Below the pieces are notes generated by a model. It was not told the DNA's origin and ran no database searches. It saw only the letters and a program-made list of their open reading frames with translations. 64,000 nucleotides of DNA from assembly GCA_964016885.1 (NCBI GenBank), contig OZ024749.1:54312001-54376000 (forward strand), in the 5' to 3' direction. The DNA is from Eledone cirrhosa (lineage: Eukaryota). Within the stretch, counting starts at the first letter, position 1. Each line of letters opens with the position of its first letter. A program made the translations under genes and the position numbers. Positions 29,955 through 43,136 of the stretch are shown here, one piece after another.

Positions 29955-30104
29955 TATATATATATATATATAGGATCGAAGTCAGTTTTGCAGCATATAA
30001 ACTTTATTGGCATATTACAATCGTTTCAATATCGATCAGATCGGGGTACGATTATATTGACCTGGGCACCTCTCTTCCTCGACATTTCATCAGATATGAG
30101 AGGT

Positions 30105-30372
<268 letters not shown>

Positions 30373-30541
30373 TAAAAGGTAAACAGAAATAACACAATCG
30401 GTACAGTATATGGAAGGGATATATTAGGTTAACGCTTGATATAGCTGGAAATGCGCGCGTGTGCGTGCGTGCGTGTGTGCGTGTGCGTGTGTGTGGTAAT
30501 AATAAATGTGAAAACTAAAATCCAAAGAGGGCTGGAGAAGG

Positions 30542-30588
<47 letters not shown>

Positions 30589-30773
30589 ATCCAAGTACAG
30601 GCTTGACAGGACTAATAATCCACTGATAACCCAAGGACCAATTATTAAGTATTATACTATAATTACAATAAAGTGTAGAAAACAGATAAAATATGTTGAG
30701 GGAAGACTTAAACGTAGTCAGGGCTGGATATCTTGAAGGAGTGAACAAGTAAGGACTTTGTTGGGGTCAGGAA

Positions 30774-31315
30774 CTATGGTGATCCCAGGAAAGACATAGG
30801 TTTATGGTGGCAGAATGTTTTTTCTGGGAACCTGATGTGTGCCAGAAGACTTGGGAGACCAGCCATTATTACGTTGAAGGATGACCTACAAATTGTAATT
30901 CCGTCTAAACTTTCATTCGTAATACGTCGGCGCCAGTTTATGTTCCGTACAACCCTAAGCAGTTTATTATTAATATATAAACCATCTAGTTTCTTCTCAA
31001 GTGTTTGTGTCAGGGTCCATGTACCTGATCTATACAACAACACTGCCTGACGTTCTGAAGTATGATTTATATAGATGTTTGTAACATTAAGTAGATGCAA
31101 TTTTCTAGATACAGAGATGCTTGATGTAGCAATAACTCTCTATACTAAGGTCTACAAAGAAATCAGATATATTATCTATCCAGTACTATTCTTAAGAATT
31201 TCGTCTGAAACTCTAAAGGGAGAAAGAAGCATCAATGGCAATACTTTGGTCAATAATTGGAAGTAATTCACATAAATTCAATGGAACGACTTGATGCCGT
31301 CTATGCCTTGCAGAA
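30774..31315 (-). pseudogene. Decayed RTE-like LINE reverse-transcriptase C-terminal region
   Basis: VLLYRSGTWTLTQTLEKKLDG...LLRVVRNINWRRRITNESL matches the RTE-clade pattern LLYGsETWtL...L...LRrI..i.W...itNe. Upstream sequence is disrupted by stops and frameshifts. Confidence 0.75.
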
Positions 31316-31419
31316 ATATATAACATTCTCATGAAATAAGTTTTCAATGAGTTAAACTGAAAACAAAAGATTAATTCGAAACGTAGGCAATAGAAAATTG
31401 ACTTCTAAACAAATACTTG

Positions 31420-31725
31420 CGTGAGTATGTGTGTGTGCGTGCGTGTTTGTGTGCGTGTGTGCGTGTGTGCGTGCGTGTGTGCGTGTGTGTGTGTGCGTGT
31501 GTGCGTGTGCGTGTGTGTGTGTGTGTGTGCGTGTTTGTGTTTGTGTGCGTGTGTATATGTGCGTGCGTGTGCGTGTGCGTGTGTATATGTGCGTGAGTGT
31601 GCGTGTGTGTGCGCGTGTGTATGTATGTATCAGAGTGTATGTATATATATATATATATATATATATGTATCCATGCAAATTTGTGTATGTTTGTGTGTGT
31701 ATACATATATATATATACACACACC
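31420..31725. repeat. (TG/TGCG)n and (TA)n compound microsatellite
   Basis: Direct reading. Confidence 0.9.
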
Positions 31726-31859
31726 TGCATAAACATAGTTTAACGTATGTCAAAATCAGGTATATTAATTACTTTTTTCTATTTTGTAACATACATACTG
31801 AGAGAGAGGGGGGGGAGAGAGAAAGAAAGAAGTTTATGTGAGTGTGTGTGTGTACTAAA

Positions 31860-31895
<36 letters not shown>

Positions 31896-32099
31896 ATGTG
31901 TATTTGTCTTGTGCCAAATCTCACTCAACTCTAAAATGACCAATACCTTCTCTAACAACAATCACGCCATCTCTGAATTTGTTAATTAAAAACTTTTGAC
32001 ACACCTATCCAATTACTTAATGACCTTTCTTACTTATGTCCTATTAAAATCAGTAAGCGAGGCGGGGCAGTGCCCATTCTTCTTCTAGATACTTTCAAA

Positions 32100-32305
32100 A
32101 TAATGGTTCCTGAATTAAGTACAAGGCCAACAATTTTGTGGGGAGGGGAAACAACAAACTTGCCACCGTTAAAACCCCGCCGAGGTTAACTTTACCTTTC
32201 ATCCTTCAGAGATAAAATAAAGTACCAGTCAACCACTTGGGTCGATACAATAGACTTTACCTTCGTCACAAATTGCAGGCCTTGTTCCTAGATTAGAAAG
32301 CATTG
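32100..32305. mobile_element. Two SINE family 1 fragments in opposite orientation (minus 32100-32150, plus 32173-32305)
   Basis: ACAAGGCCAACAATTTT (reverse 3' end), then the CCCGCCGAGGTTAACTTT core. Confidence 0.75.
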
Positions 32306-32462
32306 TTAGTAATGTCGCCTTACCGAAGACTACGTCTTTGGATTAGATAATTCCACATAACTAACCACCACAAAAATACCCTTCAAGCTATATTTTATCT
32401 ATAGATAGGTTTGTCATTTACCTGTCGCAATATTGTCATTGCATGTGTGAGGAACAGACTGT

Positions 32463-32493
<31 letters not shown>

Positions 32494-33097
32494 CCTCCCA
32501 CTCTCTCACACACACTTCCTCCCTCACACACACACACTACCTCCTACTCTCTCACACACACACACTACCTCCTACTCTCTCACACACACACACTACCTCC
32601 TACTCTCACACACACACTACCTCCTTCTCTCTCTCACATACACACAATCTTCCTCTATTTGCTTTCTCCTATCCGTCTGCCTGTGTCTCTCATTCTCTCT
32701 CCTTTTATAACCTCTCTCTCTCTTTACGTCTGTCTGACTGTCTCTCCCTTACACTCATTTTCCCTCTCCCTCTATCCCTCATACTCCTCCAGTTTACTCT
32801 CTTTCGCATTTATTCTCACTCTCACAGACTTCATTATACTCTCTTCTCCCACCCTTCCTCTATGTACGTCTGTCTGCCTCTCTCTCCCTCCGTCCCACTC
32901 TCCCTACCCCTCCCTACTACAAGCGCTATTTGCCTTTCCCCCTTGTAAAGGCTCTTTCACTCATAATTAAATACTCTTTGAATCCTAATTAGTTTTCAGT
33001 GATAATTAATAACGGCATTTCTGGAGAAGCCTTAGTTGTACGTTTGCGCATGATCATGTTAGTGTATAATACACATTGACGGGTCGTGAGATGGGGA

Positions 33098-33318
33098 GGG
33101 GTATAATTGGTAGAGCATCGTATAACACCACATGATGGGTTTCAGTTACCTCCAAACACGTTCTAAGTTCAAATCCCGCCGAGGTTAGCTTTGCCTTTCG
33201 TCCTTACGGGGGTGGATAAAATAAAGTACCAGTAATGTACTGGGGTAGACTTAATCGACTTTCCCTTCCCCAACAAAAAAATTGCTGGCCTTGTGACTAT
33301 AGTAGAAATTATTATTAT
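33098..33318 (+). mobile_element. SINE family 1
   Basis: Head, core and tail present. Confidence 0.9.
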
Positions 33319-33388
33319 AAATACACTCCGGAGCAAACAGACCCACTTGAGTACTTCGTCCAGTGCTCTACCGTGCATACAAGTCTCG

Positions 33389-33426
<38 letters not shown>

Positions 33427-33430
<4 letters not shown>

Positions 33431-33550
33431 AAATGGCTTCTACAGGACTAAAACTGTTTCATTCAGAGGAAATCATCAAAAAAGTCCTGCTATGTATTGA
33501 GTACCTTACTTACTGTGGTTACCCCCCGATTGAACCCGGGATAAACTTAT
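33427..33550. mobile_element. TA-embedded element family B (inverted hammerhead-like head fused to tail)
   Basis: GCTTCTACAGGACTA...TTTCATTC...TCATCA and CTGCTATGTATTGAGTACC...AACTTA both match 59291-59558. Confidence 0.85.
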
Positions 33551-33698
33551 ATATATATTTAAAAGTTAAACAAGGTTCAATGAATAAATCAAACAATGAG
33601 TTTTACAATAGATTGGAAGCACTCAACAAAAATGGTTTTCCAGAGCTATTAATATTAATTCAAAATATTAACAAAATAGATATTCTTGTGATCAAGCA

Positions 33699-33765
33699 TA
33701 TTTTATTATACATATTTCAGAGGTACTGAGCTAACTGCAACAGTACGTCCTCATCAGATAAAATA
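33699..33765 (-). ncRNA. Type I hammerhead ribozyme (left arm of element C)
   Basis: Mirror of 34288-34354 with identical core and stems. Loop II reads UUGCAGUUAGCU. Confidence 0.75.
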
Positions 33766-34287
33766 AGATGATGCATGACATACCCTGACATAGTAGAGGG
33801 TTAAGACTCAGTCATGGTAGTGAGTAAGATATGACAAAACTCAATATTTATATACCTTAATATTGAGAAACATGAGCAAAATATATAATACATACAATAG
33901 AGAGGGTGCGTGTGAGACAGCTTTAAAAATACTTGGCATCAATAAAAGACTTGAACATAAGTTATTCCTATTTATCTATCTCTCTCTGTAATCAACTCTC
34001 TTTTGCTTTTCTAGGCCCCTACTAACTATATTATCCCCTCATCTGTCTCTTCCTCTATGCTTTTCTTTTCTATTCTCTTTCTTCAGTAATTTAAATTATG
34101 TAACAGTTATATTGATGCCAAGTATTTTTAAAGCTGTCTCACACGCACCCTCTCTATTGTATGTATTATATATTTTTCTCATGTTTCTCAATATTAAGGT
34201 ATATAAATATTGAGTTTTGTCATATATTACTCACTACCATGACTGAGTCTTAACCATCTACTATGCAGGGTATGTCATGCATCATCT

Positions 34288-34354
34288 TATTTTATCTGAT
34301 GAGGACGTACTGTTGAAGATAACTCAGTACCTCTGAAATATGTATAATAAAATA
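34288..34354 (+). ncRNA. Type I hammerhead ribozyme (right arm of element C)
   Basis: UAUUUUAU-CUGAUGA-GGA C GUACUG[12 nt]CAGUAC C UCU-GAAA-UAUGUAU-A-AUAAAAUA. 8-bp stem I, long stem II, quasi-palindromic stem III, AUA triplet with predicted cut after 34346. Confidence 0.75.
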
Positions 34355-34427
34355 TACTTGATCACAAGAATATCTATTTCGTTAATATTTTGAATTAATA
34401 TATATATATATATATACAGTATATATA

Positions 34428-34596
34428 TGAAAAAAAGGAAAAGAATGACTTCACTTGTAGTGTTAAAAAATGTTTGATTTAATTTTATAATATTATAATA
34501 TAAAATTAAATCAAAAGTTTTTTAACACTACAAGTGAAGTCATTCTTTTCCTTTTTTTCAAATATATCTAACTGTACCAAGGATCTCACACATTTC

Positions 34597-34600
<4 letters not shown>
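34428..34600 (+). mobile_element. TA-flanked palindrome (34428-34560) plus 40-bp tail
   Basis: TGAAAAAAAGGAAAAGAATGACTTCACTTGTAGTGTTAAAAAA pairs with TTTTTTAACACTACAAGTGAAGTCATTCTTTTCCTTTTTTTCA. Tail ends CACACATTTCCCAA-TA. Confidence 0.75.
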
Positions 34601-34627
<27 letters not shown>

Positions 34628-34669
34628 CATTTCAACTCTTCTAATTAATAACTACATTGTTTCTTTCCA

Positions 34670-34755
34670 GAAACTATGTTGAAAAATAAACCTCATTTGG
34701 TCATTCCATGAGAGTATCTTGGTCAGCCTATAAACCTTTCATCCTACCATTGTAC
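34670..34755 (-). mobile_element. mariner-like MITE fragment (same family as 6287-7183)
   Basis: TTCCATGAGAGTATCTTGGTCAGCC is the reverse complement of the family motif. Confidence 0.75.
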
Positions 34756-34769
34756 AATGTAACATGAGT

Positions 34770-34845
34770 TGGTGAGTCGACAGAGCAGCAGATATAATCT
34801 GTTGTGGTACTTATGTCTGTGTTTTACGTTCAAATCCCACTGGGT
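34770..34845 (+). mobile_element. SINE family 1 head fragment
   Basis: GGTGAGTCGACAGA...GTTCAAATCCCAC. Confidence 0.5.
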
Positions 34846-34875
34846 CCCATAAACTAAATAACTCTCCACAAGTCA

Positions 34876-35019
34876 GACCCCTTCTTTGATCTATTATAAA
34901 TCGAAAATTCATTTGTCGGTAATTATCCTTTAATTAAAATCTAATTATGCTTGCAATTAATGAGATCTAAACGGATAAACTGATTCTGGTCTTGCCACTC
35001 ATTTGCATAATTAGTTTCG
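34876..35019 (-). promoter_or_regulatory. Octamer/TAAT-rich segment, left copy of an inverted pair
   Basis: ATTTGCAT at 35001-35008 and several TAATT motifs. Its reverse complement aligns to 35915-36085. Confidence 0.45.
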
Positions 35020-35249
35020 CTACTTATACATATACGTACACGTATATGTGAATGTGTGTATGTGAGTACATGTTTATATGTATGTATGTATGAGCGCATG
35101 TGTAGCTATACATAGATAAATTTGTGCGTATTTGTATGTGTGTGTATATATGTGTGTGTGGGGGGGGGGTGATGTATGGTAGCCACTTAAACACACAGAT
35201 TCTTGTATTCGCTTTTGTTTTGTTTTGTAATATTAGATATATACACTTG

Positions 35250-35312
<63 letters not shown>

Positions 35313-35443
35313 TACTTCTACTAAATATCAGTATTCCGTACGTCTACAGCTTGTTCATCTATACAGTATTTCACCGTCACATATATTTGTGTGTTTGTGT
35401 ATGTGAAGACGCCGTGGCTTAGTAGATAACGTGTTCGGTCCAC

Positions 35444-35490
<47 letters not shown>

Positions 35491-35914
35491 GGGCAGATAG
35501 ATAGATACATAAATGGATAGATCGATAAAATTTCGATCTATTATTATTTATTAATTATACAGTTGTGCTGGTAGATCTGGATGGGTGTTGAATACACCTT
35601 TTGCCAATTCCAGCTACGTTGACGAGGTCAATGGTGGAACCAAGTATCTTGCACAAGAATAATGCTATTTTACAGAAATACGTAGAACAGAGAGAGAGAT
35701 GAGGGGAGAGGGGAGAGAGATTAGGGGAGGGGGGTTGAGATTAGGGGAGGGGGAGACAGAGAGATGAGGGGGGGGGGGGATTAGCTAGCTGGATATATAT
35801 ATATACATGTAAATATGTGTGTGTATATAAACAGACACACAAGTCCATGTAGCTGTATATACACAAGGTTTGGTGTGTCGTTCTGATAGAGATAATATAC
35901 ACATACAAAATGGA

Positions 35915-36085
35915 CGAAACTATTTATGCAAATGAAGGCTGAGATCCAAAGTTAGTTTATCTGTTAAGATTTCAGTAATTGTGAGTTTAATTACATTTTA
36001 ATTATAGCAATATTAGTAGAATTTTAGATTGATAACATTTCCAACTTCATTTATCAATTTAGATATTTGCAAATGAAGGGGGGGC
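35915..36085 (+). promoter_or_regulatory. Octamer/TAAT-rich segment, right copy of an inverted pair
   Basis: ATGCAAAT at 35926-35933 and several TAATT motifs. Confidence 0.45.
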
Positions 36086-36140
36086 AGTTAATATAACAGT
36101 AAAAGGGGGGTATTTAGTGATTGGGTCTAGAATTGTGCGT

Positions 36141-36244
<104 letters not shown>

Positions 36245-36835
36245 ATATATATATTATAATTATATATATATTTATTATTATTATATATATAATTATATAT
36301 ATGTGCCTGTGTGTGTGCGTGTATGTTTGTGTGTGTGTGTCTATACACTTGTGGGTATGTGTGTGTTTGTTTGTGTGTGTTTGCATATGTCACGATGTAT
36401 GATTGTACACAAGTTATATTTTTCCACACTACTTCCACACACAACTTCCACACACACACACTACTACTACTACACACACTCACACACGCTACTTCCACAC
36501 ACACTACTACTACACACACACACACACACACTATTTCCCATTTCTATGATTTACCACGGCAATGGCAACGTGATTTCTATTCTGATGTTTGTTGTTACAT
36601 AATTCATGGACCAAATTAAATATGTGTTTAGGCTAATTCCCTGCATATATCTTGTATATAACCGAGAGAAGATTATTGATGGACTCATGAATTTGGTAGC
36701 TGGCAACCAGCCAAATATTTAGAGGTTCATCTCTTCTGACAGACTCTGAGATTTCATCTTAATAGCAGAATTTATATTGTCCTAAATGAAGAGAGACTGC
36801 TATAATTGATTCCTTGAAAACCGCGTTTCCCGATA

Positions 36836-37045
36836 ATAATTTCTGATTTAGGCACAAATGTCGACAATTTTAGGGTAGAGTAAAGGTGAGTGAATCGACT
36901 GCAGTATATTAGTAGTCTTTATTTTATCAACCCCCGTAAGAATGAAATACAAAGCTAACCTTGCAGGGATTTGAAATCAGAACGTAATGGGCTAAAACTG
37001 TATGCTGCGAAGAATCGTATCCTATGCTCTACCGATATCTGCCAG
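36836..37045 (-). mobile_element. SINE family 1
   Basis: Tail, core and head in reverse orientation. Confidence 0.85.
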
Positions 37046-37783
37046 TCCACCACCTGCCTCTCAGAATGTGTCAACTCATCTATCGGTCCAAACTTATCTC
37101 TCTGTCTATCTATGTCTCTCACATACACACACACACACTATACATTCCCCTTCTCTTTCTCTCTCACCCTCAATTTCTTTCTCTTTCTATCACTAAAGCC
37201 CCCCCCCCCCCATCACTCTCTCTCTCTCGGTTACTGCCCGTCTGCGCCTGCTAAAATACTGGAGCCGAACAGGCGGTAAATAGCCATACAACTGCCCAGT
37301 CATAAGGACAATCTGACTAGAATCAGAGTTAACAGCAATATTAAAGTCCGGCCGACATATTGCAGGTGAAATATGAGACGAGAGTTGAACGAGAGTTGGG
37401 CAGATGAACGGGAGTGTGAAGTTGAGAGAGAAAATAGAGAAACACTGATAGAGACAGGGTGAGAGGAGGAAGGGGTAGACTTAGGAAGAAGACAAAGAGA
37501 TTGAGAGTAAATAGGAATGAATTGAAGAGAAAGAGAAGAGGAAGGGAAGAGGTGAAAAGGACTGGGATGAAGAGGGAGAACAAGAGTGAAGGAGGATATA
37601 TAGGAAGATAGAGTAATAAAGAAAATATAATATATATATTGGTGTGTGTATACATAAATATATATATATAGGTGTTGGTGTATGTATGTATATATCTACA
37701 TACAAAAAGAGAGTGTGGTTGTTTGTGTAAAGATGTGTGAAAAATAGGAAAATAAAGTAATAAAGAAAATATAAGGAAAATTA

Positions 37784-37820
<37 letters not shown>

Positions 37821-38114
37821 TATATGTGAGTGTGTATGTGTGCGTGTATTTATATTGAGAGAGAGGGGGAGAGCGGGTGGTGGGAACAACACCCATTTGT
37901 CTCCAACTGGCCGGAATTTGTGTCTACAATTAATAAGAGCAAAAGACAATTTACATGCCATTTCACAACCCTTCTGCGCCATCATTGTCAAATAAAAATG
38001 GCGTCTCTGTAGTTTTGGCGTTGTTGCTACTGCGTCTATGTCAATGTCTGTGTAGGTGGCGTTGGCAATATTAGAGGTGTAAGTTATAACATTAACAAGA
38101 ATATCGGTGCCACA

Positions 38115-38245
38115 TAGAGGGAGACATAACTAATCTACAAAGAGGTGGAGTGGAGACATAACTAATCTAGAAAGTAAGAGGTGGAGTGGTGCAGTGTGAC
38201 GTAGAGGGAGACATAACTAAGCTAAGGCTAGTCTACAAAGTAAGA
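38115..38245. repeat. Degenerate tandem repeat x3 (GGAGACATAACTAA...)
   Basis: GGAGACATAACTAA at about 38120, 38152 and 38207. Confidence 0.75.
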
Positions 38246-39490
38246 GATGAGTGTGAGGTGAGGTGGGGGTGGCGTGGATGGGGTGGGGTGGACTGGTGCA
38301 AGTAACGTACAGAGATTCCATGGCTATTATATTGCAAAGCTTGCGAGAACGGAAATGTTTTTCGAATGTGGAGCGATGGCCTGTTTGCCATTAGAGAGTC
38401 ACGTGACTCAGCGTGTTCCGTGCGGAGAGATTTCTCAAGAAAACTCTTCAAATACCTATGTATGTGTATATGTATGTATATACGTACATATATATATATC
38501 AATGTTTGTATATACGTACGTATGTATGAACGTATGCATGTGTATATGCCTATATGTAATGTGTATGTATGGATGGAGGTATAGATGTTTATGTATTTAC
38601 GTATGTGTATGTATGTATATAGATATATGAATGACTGTACTACCAGCTATTTGTGTGTATATATATATATAACATCTGTAATGAGAAGAAAACCTTGTGA
38701 AGTGACAGATACATGAGATGGTGACAGAACTCTCGAACGTATTTAATGATAACACTCCTGAAATCTTTAGTTTTGTTTGTGGTTGATATTTCTTATTGGA
38801 TGTATAGTTGTGTTCTGAGAGAGAGAGAGAGGGAGAGAGAGGGAGGAAGAGAGAGAGAGTGTGTGTGTGTGTGTGTTCCATTATAGCTCCGAATGTGTCT
38901 TACGTGTGTCTATATGTATGTGTGTGTCTGTGTGTGCTTGACTGTGTAGGTGTGTGATTGTGTGTGAGAGTGTGTATTACTACGTGTGTGCATGTGTGTG
39001 GTTATCTGTGGGTGACTGTGTATATACATATATTAGTGTATATTTCTGCCACAATGTCACATTAATTCTTGGAAAGAAATACGAAACAAGTCCGAACATT
39101 CTATTTCTTAATTTCTTGTCCATCCGTTTACGAAAGAATTCTTTGGTCCCTCTTGAGAAATTGCTATTGCTGGTGTGAGAGATCGGTCAAAGTGAAGTAT
39201 AGAATTACCACATTCAGATATAAAGACCTGGCAACATCTCACAGTTATTTGTTCATCAGCAGAAACAAGTTGATATCTTTCTGCTGATTCTATGCTGGGC
39301 TTTTTTTACCTTTTTTAATTTGTGGGGGTTTGGGGGATTTTTGAGTGTATTTTTTTTTATCTTGTTTCCAATAGAGTTTATATTTTCTCTTCTCATTTCG
39401 CTGACTTCACAACAAAACAAAAAATACCCTGCGGTGTTCGTGAGGACGTTAGCGGAACAGTTCACTCCTCCCTCTCTCTCCCTCTCTCTC

Positions 39491-39532
<42 letters not shown>

Positions 39533-39916
39533 CACACACATACATTTTATTATAGGAATGACGTTTCCATGACTAGAGCTTCATTAGTAAGGTGGAGTGG
39601 GGGTTGGTGTTCCGTGATGGTTTCACTGTGATGACTGAGCTTTGGTGTCCGGGCTGTACACATACACCCACATCTCATCTCTAGCTATTAAGGTATTCAC
39701 AAGTTCAGAATCTTTTGTTGGCAGTATCGAGTGAAATAAGAATGTGAGACGTAAGTAGGAGTACAGCATGTCATACTGGTAGTCCGCCTATCAGCGAATG
39801 ACAGATCCAGCGAGCTCGCCAAAGGCCACGCATGTGCATGGATGTATGCGGCTCCACTCAACACAGTTTTGTCTCCCTAACGCCAATATTTTCCAAGAGA
39901 AAAAAATAAATTCGGT

Positions 39917-39966
<50 letters not shown>

Positions 39967-40345
39967 TATAAACATGTGAGTGGGTGCGTGACGATGTGTG
40001 AGTGCATGTACGAGTGTGTGAGTGCATGTACGAGTGTGTGAGTGCATTCAATGAAATATAATATATATAAACTTATCTTTATTATACACAGATATAGAAT
40101 ATTAATATTCATGTTTGTGTATCTATATATCTGAGTGTGTTTATGTATGCGCGTGTGTATAATATATATATATATATATATATATACATACACACATAAA
40201 TATATGCAAATATTCCTGTGATATATATATATATATATATATTTGGGCCGGGTTGAGTTTGATGTATATACACAAGTGTCTGTGTATCCGTGTGTCTATA
40301 CAGAGAGACAGACAAATTCAGAAAGGTGTGTGTGTGTAAATATAT

Positions 40346-40487
<142 letters not shown>

Positions 40488-41834
40488 AAATATATCAATA
40501 TATATATATATGTGTGTGTGTATGTGTCTTCAAAGCTATCCAATATGATATTTCTTTTGCCTGTCCACATGCAATTTTAGATTTCATTACGTACATTAGT
40601 TTTCTCTCTCTATAGATATAATATAATATATTTCATACACACAACACAACTCTATATAAACTTCTTGTCTTCTTGCGTCTCTTTTGTATTGTTTTTCTGT
40701 TGTTTTTATCTGTTGCCTTATGTTATTTATCAGGATGTGTATTCGAGGCAGGCCGACATTTTGTTTCTTTCTATCTTTACGGAAATGCAATATCGTTGTC
40801 ATGATTCAAATAGACAAATGTTTTGCAAACAAACATTATTTCTTTTCTTTAAAACTTGCTTTCAATATTGCCATTTCGCTTTAATATAAAAGAGAAAATA
40901 CGAAAAATAAAACAAGGTTTGTTCCATTTTCTCTTTACGAATGCAAACCTAATAATTTTTAAGGAAATCATGATTTTATATGTTAGGGGGCAATTAATTG
41001 AATATATTTTCTGACAGGCTCTCTCTCTCTCTCTCTATCTATGGAATATTTCAGCTTGAAATATTTTTAAAATTAAATTCTATATAACATGCTCCTTGTA
41101 TTCATTGCTTGTATATAATGTTGACAGTTATTGTAGACAATTGTCTATGACAAAAATATATTTGCTAATTTTTTTTATTATTATTTTATTGTCATTATAA
41201 TAACAACAACAACAACAACAACGATGATGATGATGACTATAATAATAATTATTATTATTATTTATATATTTATTTATTTTTCCACTCATTATTTCATTGT
41301 TGTTGCGTGGGTATGGGATTGCTAGAAAGCAACCTGCGTCCCACAGCCATATTATTATTATTATTATTATTATTACAAGTATCATTATTTTTAATTCATT
41401 TTTTTTCTTTATTTTATATTTTATATTTATTTATTTATATATTTGACGAGATAATTTCTATATTACAAATTTACACGAAAATTAATTTGAAAACATTTTC
41501 GACTGGAAAAGAAAAATGATGGCAATCATGTAGCAGACAATTGGAAATATATTTGACTTGACAATTCATCTGTATAACATGGTGAAAGAAAGCATTTATT
41601 CAATAACGAAGCTCCACAGGGCGAAAGATTAGCTGTAATGTTAGAATGAAGTTGAAAAAACTGCTTCTTGTCATTTAATTACCTCCCCTTTCTGATGTCA
41701 TTTCGAAACGCACCGGATCTTTCTTTACATAGTCAATAAAACATATCAGTCATACACTCCGGATCTATATCGATTAAGTACACACAGTGTCGGACTAGAT
41801 GATGGATGGGTTATAGGTTATTTGTCTTGACTCT

Positions 41835-41996
41835 CTGAACTCTGAGTTCAAATACTGCCGTGGTAAATTATACCTTTCTTCCTTTCTGGGTCGATAGATA
41901 AAGTACCAGTCGATATTTGTTAGAGCATCGAACAAGATTCCTTGCCGTGTGTATCTGTTCCGGTTGGCTCTGTGTGTTCTGAGTTCAAATCCCACC
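41835..41996 (+). mobile_element. Two SINE family 1 fragments
   Basis: CTGAGTTCAAAT occurs twice: a core fragment, then a head fragment. Confidence 0.75.
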
Positions 41997-42039
41997 TGTT
42001 CTCACTGAAGAAATTGAAAAGAACTTGGGCTCCTACCAT

Positions 42040-42320
42040 TACATGCATGGTACCGTAACTCCTGAGTCTTAGCGGAGCCGTATTGACATGCAACGTTTCT
42101 AGGGGAACTTTAACCCTGGAAGAGTCTATCCCTTCAGGTCTGAATACAGCAGGTTTCTTCCAGAGAAGGATAGAGAGAGAATAGAAGTGAGAAAGAGATA
42201 GAGAGAGAATAGAAGTGAGAAAGAGATATAGAGGAAGAATCGACCCCAGTACTGGATTGGAACTTTTTTTTAATCGACCTTGAATGGATCAAAGGCAAAG
42301 TTTACCTCAAAGCCTTTCGA
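42040..42320 (-). mobile_element. SINE family 1 core with alternative 3' module (copy 1)
   Basis: Reverse core at 42240-42310. The module at 42063-42243 aligns to 43437-43585. Confidence 0.7.
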
Positions 42321-42779
42321 CCGAAGTGACTGAATTAATTTAATAGCTACAGGAATACACCAACCAGACTATATGTTATATTTATTACACATCACCTAAC
42401 TGCAAGGGGCGGGTTTATCAAATACTCTAAGAAAGTTATCGGTGCCTGACTGGTGTCCTATCCAGGGAAATATTATTATCCAATATCCACTTCAAATCAT
42501 AAAACAATAATTTTATCACCGATTCCCAGTAGCGCAATTTTGTCATAAAATATATTTACATAAAGTTTATATATTCAAGCGGTCGAATATTATGAACCAA
42601 TTCCTAGATACTTGGTTGTCTGCAAATTGCCAATATCTCGTTTCTAGCATTATACATCTCGGCTTGGATAATGCATAATGGCCGTTTTCTAAGACGATAA
42701 GAAGAAAACATTATAAAACAAATATTATTGATTCCAAGAAACTTACAGGCTATGAGAATATTCTTCATATTACTAAATC

Positions 42780-42982
42780 TAACCGATGCCGATGCTAACC
42801 GATGCCGATTTAGTAGTTTTCAACTAATGGTCAATGGTATCATTTGCTGCCTGCTAATATCGCTTCTTATCGGCTAATGCCGGTTACAGTCGGCTAATAT
42901 CGCTTCTTATCGGCTAATGCCGGCTACAGTCGGCTAATGCCGGCTTCTGTCGGCTAATGCCGGCTACGGTCGGTTAATATAG
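42780..42982. repeat. 20-bp minisatellite (CGGCTAATGCCGGCTACAGT variants)
   Basis: About six 20-bp units at 42854-42980, with a 40-bp dimer period at the start. Confidence 0.85.
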
Positions 42983-43104
42983 TAAGTCGCCAGCTTATAA
43001 CGTAAGATGTCGGCTTATATCTTATGCTGTCGACATCACATGTTGTCACTCAATATTATATGATGACGGATAATGTCGCCTGCTCTCAGGGATTTCTCTC
43101 TCTG

Positions 43105-43136
<32 letters not shown>

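Larger units (their letters stand above)
33556..34401 (-). mobile_element. Penelope-like non-coding element C: ~292-bp inverted repeats, 165-bp spacer, ~95-bp tail
   Basis: Arms 33652-33944 and 34110-34401 differ at about 9 positions. Flanked by TA repeats, with a hammerhead fold in each arm. Confidence 0.85.

Noticed and set aside
30585-30760. Possible L2/CR1-type LINE 3' end on the minus strand (YPALTTFKSSLN)
   Set aside because: The similarity is too short to support a call without a database search.
33235-33729. 164-aa ORF
   Set aside because: It is a chimera spanning a SINE, a TA repeat and two non-coding elements.
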